Positions 28,414 to 36,558 of a DNA stretch of 64,000 bases are shown one piece after another. Both the position numbers and the translations under genes were made by a program. Position 1 is the first letter of the stretch, and each line of letters opens with the position of its first letter. Source of the DNA: an uncultured archaeon. GTDB taxonomy: Archaea; Asgardarchaeota; Thorarchaeia; Thorarchaeales; Thorarchaeaceae. The notes below the pieces were generated by a model. That model saw only the letters and a list, made by a program, of their open reading frames with translations, did not search any database and was not told the DNA's origin. The stretch spans positions 96,001 through 160,000 of the forward strand of contig CAYYQL010000002.1 of NCBI GenBank assembly GCA_964473825.1, written 5' to 3'.

Positions 28414-29606
28414 ATATTGTGGGACTAAGACTCGCTGCTGAAGAAAAGGAGATGCTTAGTGGAAAACACGGCAATGCAACAGCAAAAGCTATGGAGATCA
28501 TCACTACGCTGGGCGAGATATATGGGGCTGAACGTCTGATTCCGGTGTCTAGTGTCCAGATAGCGGGAGTTTCATACCATAACTTGGGTGAGGCAGGGCT
28601 TGAATATCTGGCTAAGATGGCAGAAGATGGCCAGACAAGGGTCCTCACTACGCTGAACCCAGCTGGTATGGATTTAGAAGAATGGAAGAAACATGGGATA
28701 TCTCCAGACTTTGCAGCCAACCAGCAGCGAGTGGTTGAGGCCTTCGCTAAGATGGGAGTAATAACTACCTGTACGTGTACCCCCTATCTTGTCGGGAATC
28801 TACCACACTATGGGGAGCATATTGCGTGGGCTGAATCTTCCGCGGTCTGTTTCGCAAATTCGGTCATTGGCGCACGAACAAATCGAGAAGGAGGACCTAG
28901 TGCACTTGCTGCTGCCCTTACGGGTCGAACGGCTGAGTACGGGCTCCATCTTGATGAGAACCGAGTTGCTGAAGTCAAGTATGAAATAGAAGCCGAGCTG
29001 CGGAATACGGATGATTTCGGTCTCCTAGGGCAAGTGATAGGACAACGGACCAAGAATGCCATTCCATACATCGCAGGTATTCCTCATGCAACCACGGAAC
29101 AACTCAAGTCGTTTTGTGCATCTGTTGCAACATACGGAGGGGTAGCATTGTTCCATATGGAGGGAATGACTCCCAATCGAACTCCCATTCCCAATAGGAC
29201 TGAGGCGGTCACCAATAACGACATAGATGATGCACGCGGGGAACTAGATGACAGAGGGGCAACGATTGATTTCATCAGTATCGGGTGCCCACACGCAAGC
29301 ATTGGCGAGATTGCAAGGATTGCTAAGATGTTAGATGGAAAGAAGGTATCCAAGAAGAAGACGCTCTGGATAACAACCGCAAAGCCAACAAAGGATCTTG
29401 CAATTAAGATGGGATACTACGACATAATCGAAAAGGCCGGAGCATATCTTGTAAGTGATGCCTGTTGTGCAGTCGCGCCCTTGAAGGGGAGATTCACAGG
29501 CCTCATGACCGATTCTGCAAAGGCATGCTTCTATGCCCGCGGTAAGAACAATTTCAAGACTGAGATAAGGACTGTCGAAGAATGTATAGAGGAGGCGATA
29601 TCATGA
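28410..29606 (+). CDS. Aconitase X large subunit (phosphomevalonate dehydratase L, DUF521)
   Basis: GVSY.N.G, TTLNP, TCTPY, AESSA, GCPH, D.C..V.P, DSAK. Confidence 0.9.
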   Translation: MNIVGLRLAAEEKEMLSGKHGNATAKAMEIITTLGEIYGAERLIPVSSVQIAGVSYHNLGEAGLEYLAKMAEDGQTRVLTTLNPAGMDLEEWKKHGISPDFAANQQRVVEAFAKMGVITTCTCTPYLVGNLPHYGEHIAWAESSAVCFANSVIGARTNREGGPSALAAALTGRTAEYGLHLDENRVAEVKYEIEAELRNTDDFGLLGQVIGQRTKNAIPYIAGIPHATTEQLKSFCASVATYGGVALFHMEGMTPNRTPIPNRTEAVTNNDIDDARGELDDRGATIDFISIGCPHASIGEIARIAKMLDGKKVSKKKTLWITTAKPTKDLAIKMGYYDIIEKAGAYLVSDACCAVAPLKGRFTGLMTDSAKACFYARGKNNFKTEIRTVEECIEEAIS

Positions 29607-29995
29607 AGCTGGAGGGGCGAAAGATCTTCAGAGGCAGGACGACTGGTGAGGTCCTGTTCAGTTCGGAAGAGATCTCGTTTTACGGAGGGTGTGATCCAGA
29701 AACCGGTGAGATTGTGGAAAAGAACCACCCTCTTGAGGGAAAATCGGTTTCAGGGAAAATACTTGTCTTTCCCACTGGAAAAGGAAGCACAGTTGGGTCC
29801 TATGTTCTCTATGCGCTCAGCAAAGCCGGGATGGGGCCTTTGGCAATCATCAACGAAACAACTGATCCAGTGGTTGCCGTAGGCTGTATAATCGGAGAGA
29901 TACCTGCTATAGATAAAGTAGATATCAACAAGTTAGAGAACGGACAGAAAGTGGAGGTTGACGCCGACGCTGGCGTCGTTTCAATACTGAAGTAG
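29603..29995 (+). CDS. Aconitase X small subunit (phosphomevalonate dehydratase S, DUF126)
   Basis: ISF.GG.DP.TG, GKGSTVGSY. Confidence 0.9.
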   Translation: MKLEGRKIFRGRTTGEVLFSSEEISFYGGCDPETGEIVEKNHPLEGKSVSGKILVFPTGKGSTVGSYVLYALSKAGMGPLAIINETTDPVVAVGCIIGEIPAIDKVDINKLENGQKVEVDADAGVVSILK

Positions 29996-29998
29996 TAA

Positions 29999-30634
29999 TC
30001 AAAGCCGCTGTAATTGCGGCTCAAAGTCTTCAGGTGTAAAAGCAACCTCCTCATCCATTGGAATATCCCCTCTCTCACGAAGTACCTGCCGTGTCAGTAG
30101 GAAGTAGATGAGCGCCAATGCCTTTCGACCTCTGTTATTTGTGGGAATTACAAAGTCAACATTGGTAGTCACATTGTCTGTATCACAGAGTGCAGCCACT
30201 GGAACACCAATTCTAGCTGCCTCGGTGAGTGCTTGTTGATCAGTCCTTGGGTCGGTTAGAATCACCAGTTCGGGCTCTATGTATGTCCTCGGACCCGCTA
30301 TGTTGGCGTTTGTCAAAGTACCAGGAACGAAGCGTTCTGTGAATGCATTTGCCCCGATGTAGTAGGCAAAGGTTTCGACGGGCCGTTTTCCATAGACACG
30401 TCCCGATATGACTGCAATCTTGTCCGAGTTGAACCTAGCAATGAACTTGCCGGCTGTCCGGATTCGTTCATCAGTCTTGCGCACATCGAGTACGTAGAGA
30501 CCTATGGGGCGTTGGCGATAGACAAAGGGCTCCATATCTTGCGTCTTGACCTGAGTACCAATATGACAACCAGCTGCAAGGTATTTGTCCATCGCTATCA
30601 GCAGGTCAGCATCTGAGATTTCCATTTCGCTCAT
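29999..30634 (-). CDS. rps2: 30S ribosomal protein uS2
   Basis: YLAAG.HIGTQ, RF.PGTLTN, IPTNNRGRKA. Confidence 0.97.
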   Translation of the reverse strand: MSEMEISDADLLIAMDKYLAAGCHIGTQVKTQDMEPFVYRQRPIGLYVLDVRKTDERIRTAGKFIARFNSDKIAVISGRVYGKRPVETFAYYIGANAFTERFVPGTLTNANIAGPRTYIEPELVILTDPRTDQQALTEAARIGVPVAALCDTDNVTTNVDFVIPTNNRGRKALALIYFLLTRQVLRERGDIPMDEEVAFTPEDFEPQLQRL

Positions 30635-30635
30635 T

Positions 30636-30851
30636 CTAGTTCTCCTCCACTATTTCAGATGTGGCGAATGCCATGAAGCTGTCAATGATGTCGATGTGAG
30701 ACAGCAACATACGCCGACAGCAATATCGATGTAGACCGAGGCGATCAAGAACGACAGCCGGGTCTTCACCTTGCCTTACTTCACGCCTGAATTCCTCAAA
30801 CTTATCCGCGACTACTTTTCCGCATGTGAAACAACGTACTGGAATTATCAT
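30636..30851 (-). CDS. rpoN: RNA polymerase subunit Rpo10
   Basis: [11 protein letters not shown] ... [11 protein letters not shown]. Confidence 0.97.
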   Translation of the reverse strand: MIIPVRCFTCGKVVADKFEEFRREVRQGEDPAVVLDRLGLHRYCCRRMLLSHIDIIDSFMAFATSEIVEEN

Positions 30852-30864
30852 ATCTCTGGCCACC

Positions 30865-31263
30865 TCATCTGTACGACTTCTGATAGCGTGAACGTGCTGA
30901 GGGTCCACCGAACTTCTTGGGTTCTGTTCTTCGGGGATCCCCAACAAGCATGGTTCGGTCATGATCCAACATCTTGGACCGCGCCTCGAAATTCTGACTC
31001 ATTCTTATTAGACCTGTGGCTACTGCCATTCGGATTGCATCGGCTTGGCCCATGAATCCTCCACCATGCACTCTGACTCCTATGTCGTATCGTTTCCAAT
31101 CATCTCCAAAGAGCATAAGTGGTTCCATAATCCTAAAACGAGCAATCTCTGGCTGATATATCTCAAGTGGTTGCCCATTGATTCTGATTCTGCCGGAACC
31201 GTCTTTGATGGTAGCCTTAGCCAATGAAGTCTTTCTCTTTCCTGTGGTAACTACTACTCGCAT
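30865..31263 (-). CDS. rps9: 30S ribosomal protein uS9
   Basis: GKRKT, GGG..GQA, EPKKFGG..AR..YQKSYR. Confidence 0.97.
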   Translation of the reverse strand: MRVVVTTGKRKTSLAKATIKDGSGRIRINGQPLEIYQPEIARFRIMEPLMLFGDDWKRYDIGVRVHGGGFMGQADAIRMAVATGLIRMSQNFEARSKMLDHDRTMLVGDPRRTEPKKFGGPSARSRYQKSYR

Positions 31264-31264
31264 T

Positions 31265-31726
31265 CTATGCTACCCCCTTTCTCTTCCAACCAAGCTCACG
31301 ACTGAGTTCCTCGACCGTGATGTGTTTTCCTGTTAGACTGCTATACCGGGAACCCTCTAGAACTATCATTTCTTTCTCCAAATACTGTTCTGGTATGCCT
31401 ATGAAGACATGGATGCGTTTGTAGGCTTCTTTTCCACGAGGTCTGGGCCAAGGGAGCATTCCACGAATCATCTTTCGCACCATCTTGTCGGGGCGCCTCT
31501 CATGAAATGGGCCTTTACGCGGGTTGTACGAGGTTCGGATGTCGCGTTTTTCCTTGTGTGCCTTGATGACCGTTCTTCTGTCACCTGTTAGTATCGCCTT
31601 CTCGGCATTCACGATAACGACCTTGTTTCCTAGAATAGCGGCCTTTGCAGCCTTAGACGCAAGTCTGCCTACGACCATGTTTTCGGCATCGAATATCTTA
31701 ACTGATTGTTCGCTCATCAAAACCAC
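31265..31726 (-). CDS. rpl13: 50S ribosomal protein uL13
   Basis: DA....GRLAS, NAEK, RGMLP. Confidence 0.96.
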   Translation of the reverse strand: MVLMSEQSVKIFDAENMVVGRLASKAAKAAILGNKVVIVNAEKAILTGDRRTVIKAHKEKRDIRTSYNPRKGPFHERRPDKMVRKMIRGMLPWPRPRGKEAYKRIHVFIGIPEQYLEKEMIVLEGSRYSSLTGKHITVEELSRELGWKRKGVA

Positions 31727-32089
31727 CTATGCAATTATCGTGACACCAGTTCCACTGGGAACCTGCGAGATTAGCTCATCAATCGTGATTAAAGAGCCTC
31801 CCGCTGTTATTATCATTGATCGAGCTGTTGTGGATGCGTTCAGTGCTGCGACCGTCACCTTATGAGTGAGTGTTCCGGAACCGAGTACCTTTCCTGGCAC
31901 CACAACAATATCACCATCCTTTGTGTGCCGCTCTATCTTTCCAATATTGACTGTGGCACGCTTCCTTGATGGTCTTGCAACAAGCTCGGCAACGCGTTTC
32001 CATATTCTGACATCGTTCTTTGAGGAAGCCCTTGTGAGTGTGTTGATTAGAGCGCGTGTGTTTGGATCAGATGCTCGTGTTTCAATCAT
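31727..32089 (-). CDS. rpl18e: 50S ribosomal protein eL18
   Basis: IW..VA, VN..KI, VVPGKVLG.G. Confidence 0.96.
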   Translation of the reverse strand: MIETRASDPNTRALINTLTRASSKNDVRIWKRVAELVARPSRKRATVNIGKIERHTKDGDIVVVPGKVLGSGTLTHKVTVAALNASTTARSMIITAGGSLITIDELISQVPSGTGVTIIA

Positions 32090-32103
32090 TTGTTTCTAAG
32101 CTC

Positions 32104-32904
32104 CTACAGTGAGTTTGCAAAGTCCAGAGCCTCACCAATTCTCTCTTTGAGAAGCTCTGTGGCCCTCTCCACAATTTCCTCCGGTGGAAGAGCTCCCGTG
32201 GATTCCACCTTGAACAGAAAACTGTCCTCTTTGGAATCAATAGTTATGGCACCGGGCTCACATACACGAACACAGGCCTCGCAAAGACTGCATTCGAGTG
32301 TGTTTTGTGTGGACAATACATCATCCTCAAGCAATAGAATGCCCTTGGGGCAAACCTCAACACAGTCGCCGCATTGGTTGCATTTTGACCTATCAACGCT
32401 GACCAAGGGAACGTTCTTGTATGCCACTGTGGCCACCGGTTGGAATTTCGCATTCTCGAGGCCTGTGCCTAGTCGAGCATATGCTTCAAGTATCAGAGTC
32501 TGGCGTGGAGCAAGCTTGACAAGAGGTATACCTTCTGTGGCAGGCACGACCTCGGGGTCTTGTGATGATAGGTCACCAGAGTAGACCATCATGTCTTGAG
32601 CTCCAGCTTCCTTCTCGAGTGTAAGTGTGCATTGACAGAGGCTACATCCTTTGCCCTCGCAATCACACTCTTCTGGGAGATTGTAGTCGTCCAGTTTTGT
32701 GACGAGAGGCACAAGTCCCAAGCGGTGGGCGAGAATCTCATCGTACATGACGCTTGTATTCTCAAGTATCAGAACCTCATCGATTGACATCGAGGGGACT
32801 CTGGTCAACATTGTTCTGCGAAGTGCATTCGCAAACCCCACATGTGCGCCCTCGAGGAGAAAATGGATTGTATCATCTTGTTTCCGAATGATTGTGATTT
32901 CCAT
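32104..32904 (-). CDS. rpoD: RNA polymerase subunit Rpo3 with 2x[4Fe-4S] ferredoxin-like domain
   Basis: FANALRR, LAHRLGLVP, CxxCxxCxxxCP and CxxCxxCxxxC. Confidence 0.96.
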   Translation of the reverse strand: MEITIIRKQDDTIHFLLEGAHVGFANALRRTMLTRVPSMSIDEVLILENTSVMYDEILAHRLGLVPLVTKLDDYNLPEECDCEGKGCSLCQCTLTLEKEAGAQDMMVYSGDLSSQDPEVVPATEGIPLVKLAPRQTLILEAYARLGTGLENAKFQPVATVAYKNVPLVSVDRSKCNQCGDCVEVCPKGILLLEDDVLSTQNTLECSLCEACVRVCEPGAITIDSKEDSFLFKVESTGALPPEEIVERATELLKERIGEALDFANSL

Positions 32905-32951
32905 TCTAGCACCTGACCTCGGAGGTATTTGGTTACCCAAAAGACACTATT

Positions 32952-33009
32952 CCCGGACGGACTCGCTAAGGCCTGTACTCTCGGTTAGCTCACTCGCCCG
33001 TGTCCTGGG
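32952..33009 (-). promoter_or_regulatory. Hairpin leader with kink-turn-like motif upstream of rpoD
   Basis: CCC-A-GGAC-AC-GGGC-GAGU-GA-GCUAA...UUAGC-GA-GUCC-GUCC-GGG on the minus strand. Confidence 0.5.
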
Positions 33010-33030
33010 CTAGCCTGCCTCGATTTACAA

Positions 33031-33045
33031 AGCATAAAAGGATTG
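33031..33045 (-). promoter_or_regulatory. Putative BRE/TATA promoter of the rpoD operon (CAATCCTTTTATGCT)
   Basis: Identical 15-mer at 53207-53221; AATCCTTTTA also lies ~25 nt before SRP RNA. Confidence 0.6.
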
Positions 33046-33078
33046 TCCTAGAACGATCGAAGGCCTTCGCCTTGTTGT

Positions 33079-33576
33079 TCAGGCAGCAACTTGGACCATA
33101 TCCTTGAGTCCATTGACGATGAGTCTGTATCCCTTCAAGCGCTGCTTAGGGTCAATAGCCACCATCCCATAGGTAGGAATACCGAGCAGATCCTGAACTG
33201 ACTCGGGCTTCATTGAACCTGGAATATCCTGCTTATTCGCAATAGCAATGACTTGTGCACCAGCAAACCGATGTCTGTATTTTTCCAGCAACTGCCGCGT
33301 CTTCAGTACTGCCTTAGGTGTACTCTCTGTCACAACTACGACCATGCGACTTCCTTGCAACATGTCGGGCCACATGAACTCAAAATGCGATTGACCACCC
33401 ATCTCAACCAGAGATACCTTGGTGTCTTCATCAAGGGTGATTGTCCCACAGTCCATACCAACCGTTGGCCGATAGTTGCACTCTAATTTGGATTTGCTAT
33501 CAGTTAACAGCTTAATCAGAGTAGATTTCCCAGCGTATCCTGATCCCATAAGGGCAACCTTGACATATTGGGTCAT
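33079..33576 (-). CDS. Small Ras-superfamily (Arf/Rab/MglA-like) GTPase
   Basis: G1 GSGYAGKS, G2 PTVG, atypical G3 EMGGQ, G4 NKQD. Confidence 0.88.
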   Translation of the reverse strand: MTQYVKVALMGSGYAGKSTLIKLLTDSKSKLECNYRPTVGMDCGTITLDEDTKVSLVEMGGQSHFEFMWPDMLQGSRMVVVVTESTPKAVLKTRQLLEKYRHRFAGAQVIAIANKQDIPGSMKPESVQDLLGIPTYGMVAIDPKQRLKGYRLIVNGLKDMVQVAA

Positions 33577-33763
33577 TCCTGTAGACTCCAAGTGGTCGTC
33601 ACACTACGCGAAGCAGCCTGGACATATCAGGTGTCGTGTTACCAAGATAACACTGGGTAATACTCTCTTCGATGAGATATGACAAAAGTTTCCGAGAAGG
33701 CGTTTCGCACCAGATAGAAGCTCTTAACAGTGGATGATAAGTGCCTTGACCCGAGCTGATTCG

Positions 33764-34756
33764 ATGTCCAAGGTTTGCCCCAATACAATCATCGTTGAGG
33801 AGAATGCACTTCAGAAACTTGGGAGCCTTCTACAGGGGTATGAGAGAGTCATATGTGTTTCCGATGAAACAATAATTGGGCGATACAGCGCACAGCTCGA
33901 AGCCATTCTTAATCAAGAGCCACACTGGTTACTAGCAGAAGACGCTAGGAATGATGGAGATGAAGCTCTGTCCGAGGGAAGCATAATCATAGGATTTGGA
34001 GGAGGTAGAAGCCTTGATGCAGCCAAAATACTCGCAGCAAAGACTGACATGGATTGGATTTCGATTCCAACGGCTGCTTCCCATGATGGCATAGCAAGCG
34101 AAGTGGCATCGGTGAGTCACGACGGCTATAGGTATTCCAAGAAATGCAGATTGCCCATTGCCATTGTGGCAGATCTGACCATTATGTCGAAAGCACCAGA
34201 AAATCTACAGCGTGCAGGAATGGGCGACATACTCTGTAAAGCATCTAGTCTCAGCGAGTGGAAACTCGCTCACGAAAAGGAAGGAGAACCGCTTGATGAG
34301 GACGCGTTCAGCATGGTGCAGAGGGCTCTGGAAGATGTCTTGAGAAGTGATGACCTGAAAACGCTTGTCCGTGCCGAGATTGATGCAGGTACCGCCATGT
34401 GCATGAATGGCAGCTCGAGACCATGTTCCGGTTCCGAACATGCAATATCTCATGCTATGGACAGAAACCAACATAGTCTGCACGGACTTCAAGTCATTTT
34501 TGCTACTCCCTTGTGTCTGTACTTCCTAGAAAGGGCTGGGTATGCACTTTATTCACAGGAGTACATCAGTGATGTCATTAGGGAGAGGAACCTACCTGCA
34601 AAGTGCAGAGACATGAGCATTTCCAGAGAGATGTATCTGGATTATATCACACATGCCATCCGTATTATGAGAAAGCGTGGACGATATTCTATTCTAGAGA
34701 ACTTGGACAGGAAGACTTTGGCTGAAGTAATCGGCCACCTATACGATTGTGAGTGA
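33764..34756 (+). CDS. egsA: sn-glycerol-1-phosphate dehydrogenase
   Basis: GGG..LD.AK, PTAASHDGIAS, SSRP.SGSEH..SHA, HG.QV. Confidence 0.92.
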   Translation: MSKVCPNTIIVEENALQKLGSLLQGYERVICVSDETIIGRYSAQLEAILNQEPHWLLAEDARNDGDEALSEGSIIIGFGGGRSLDAAKILAAKTDMDWISIPTAASHDGIASEVASVSHDGYRYSKKCRLPIAIVADLTIMSKAPENLQRAGMGDILCKASSLSEWKLAHEKEGEPLDEDAFSMVQRALEDVLRSDDLKTLVRAEIDAGTAMCMNGSSRPCSGSEHAISHAMDRNQHSLHGLQVIFATPLCLYFLERAGYALYSQEYISDVIRERNLPAKCRDMSISREMYLDYITHAIRIMRKRGRYSILENLDRKTLAEVIGHLYDCE

Positions 34757-34869
34757 TACTTCGACAGTTTTAAAAGATGACTGAGCCTCGAGCCCGAGAG
34801 CACATGACGGCCATGTCGTGTACTTTTCACGCTTGATACCAATGAAGTGCGAACAGAGGTAGATAAAAG

Positions 34870-35241
34870 ATGCCAAAACCAAGTTTTGTAGAATGGGAGC
34901 CAACTGAAGAGCTCCAGAAGAAAGCTCTAGAATCCTTAGAAACAGCTCGTGATACCGGCAGGATTAAGAAGGGGATCAATGAGGCAACGAAGGCAGTTGA
35001 ACGAGGTAATGCTCGGCTAGTGCTGATTGCGGAGGATGTTGATCCACCAGAGATCATCATGTTCCTACCAGGCCTCTGCGATGACAAGAAGGCCCCCTAT
35101 ATCTTTGTCAACAACAAGGATAGTCTAGGTGAAGCTGCAGGCATTGACCGACCGACCGCTGCTGCTGCAATCGTGGTCGAGGGGAAGGCAAAGGATTTAG
35201 TTGCTGATGTCGTTGAGAAGATTGCGGGGATTCGGAAGTAA
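34870..35241 (+). CDS. rpl7ae: Ribosomal protein eL8/L7Ae
   Basis: IKKG.NEATKAVERG, IAEDVDP.EI. Confidence 0.97.
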   Translation: MPKPSFVEWEPTEELQKKALESLETARDTGRIKKGINEATKAVERGNARLVLIAEDVDPPEIIMFLPGLCDDKKAPYIFVNNKDSLGEAAGIDRPTAAAAIVVEGKAKDLVADVVEKIAGIRK

Positions 35242-35263
35242 AACCACCAGGTGATGACTCTTA

Positions 35264-35485
35264 ATGAGTAGTGATGATAAAGAACCGTCTATACCTGCTG
35301 AGGTAATTCAGTTACTCGGGAGAACTGGTGTCACTGGCGAGATTACACAGGTTCGAGTGAAAGTGCTCGAGGGAAGAGACAAGGGACGCGTCTTGACTAG
35401 AAATGTTAAGGGCCCCATAAGGATGGGAGATATTCTCATCCTTCGAGAGACTGAACGCGAGGCCCGAAAGATGAGGAGGCGTTAG
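35264..35485 (+). CDS. rps28e: 30S ribosomal protein eS28
   Basis: [24 protein letters not shown]. Confidence 0.97.
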   Translation: MSSDDKEPSIPAEVIQLLGRTGVTGEITQVRVKVLEGRDKGRVLTRNVKGPIRMGDILILRETEREARKMRRR

Positions 35486-35487
35486 AG

Positions 35488-35685
35488 CTGGTAGGTACAC
35501 AGCGCTGTCAATTCTGCGGCCAAGACATTGAACCCGGAACAGGGACAGCTTTTGTGAGAACCAAGGATGGGTCCATCCATTGGTTCTGTTCAAAGAAGTG
35601 CAAGGTGAAAAGCCTGAAACAGGGCTTCAAGCCAAGAGAAACAAAGTGGACTACGGCCTATGAAAAAGGTGGTAAAGAGAAGTAG
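35488..35685 (+). CDS. rpl24e: 50S ribosomal protein eL24, CTG start
   Basis: Missed by ORF track; translates C.FCG..IEPGTG..FV..DG....FCSKKC...PR..KWT; GGAGG upstream of CTG. Confidence 0.93.
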   Translation: MVGTQRCQFCGQDIEPGTGTAFVRTKDGSIHWFCSKKCKVKSLKQGFKPRETKWTTAYEKGGKEK

Positions 35686-35692
35686 AAGAAGA

Positions 35693-35709
35693 GGTGGCTC
35701 TTCGCCACC
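35693..35709. terminator. Hairpin between convergent rpl24e and ndk
   Basis: GGTGGC-TCTTC-GCCACC with pyrimidine runs following on both strands. Confidence 0.45.
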
Positions 35710-35717
35710 AATTCCTT

Positions 35718-36383
35718 CTAATCTGATTTTTCAATCTGCTCTTCAATGGTTGCATGGATTGCGGACGCAAGGGCTTTGATCTCTCGTTCCTTGATACCCT
35801 CTGCATCTTTGCTGAGAAGCGTCTCTAGTGACTCAACCACTTCGGGCCCCGCTTCTTGTCTTTCAATAGCCTCATTTATGACGCCTCGAATCTCCTCAGT
35901 ATAGTCGGCATCCAAATCAAGATGCTTCTGGACGTACTCGCGCGCTTGTTGTTCGGCCTTTTCAGAGCGTTCCAGTCCTCCGTATTCCGTCCATAGTTGG
36001 ATTTCTTTTTCTGCAGTTTTTGGCGCATCAGATGCATGAGCAATATTGATTCCTGCAATCAGGCCGTATTTACCTCTGAGTGAGTCAGGCGACGCTTTCT
36101 CAACGAAGGTTGCGCCAAGAGCGTCACGAACTCCCTGAATCACATCCTTGCCTTCAAGAATCATGACAAGCACTGGGCCAGATGTAATGAATTGAACCAG
36201 CCATGGAAAGAACGACCGCTCTTTATGCACATCATAGTGTTTCTTTGCCAAGTTCTCAGAGACCGTCATCTCCTTGAAAGCTTGAATATTATACCCCGTC
36301 TCAAGGAGTGTCTTGACAACCAGTGCGCCAACACTTCTCCGTAGAGTTCCATCAGGTTTGACTATAACAAGTGATTCTTCCAT
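35718..36383 (-). CDS. ndk: Nucleoside diphosphate kinase with C-terminal helical extension
   Basis: KPDG, HY..H....FF, SGP, P.SLRG.YG, N..HASD. Confidence 0.92.
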   Translation of the reverse strand: MEESLVIVKPDGTLRRSVGALVVKTLLETGYNIQAFKEMTVSENLAKKHYDVHKERSFFPWLVQFITSGPVLVMILEGKDVIQGVRDALGATFVEKASPDSLRGKYGLIAGINIAHASDAPKTAEKEIQLWTEYGGLERSEKAEQQAREYVQKHLDLDADYTEEIRGVINEAIERQEAGPEVVESLETLLSKDAEGIKEREIKALASAIHATIEEQIEKSD

Positions 36384-36558
36384 TGTTATCACCGAAGTTA
36401 ATCCGCCACCAATCGGTCTATCGAATATTGGCTATGGCGCCAGAATGCAGATTGTATTTTAGCGTTATGACATCACTGTATCAAAATGACAACAATCATG
36501 AAGCTAACGACAGTTTCATAAACATGCAATTGGTGGCCGCAGGTAATCTTCTCAGTAG

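Noticed and set aside
32952-33009. Eukaryote-type SECIS (GUGA/GA core)
   Set aside because: Upper helix is only 5 bp, there is no apical AA motif, and no neighbouring gene shows an in-frame UGA
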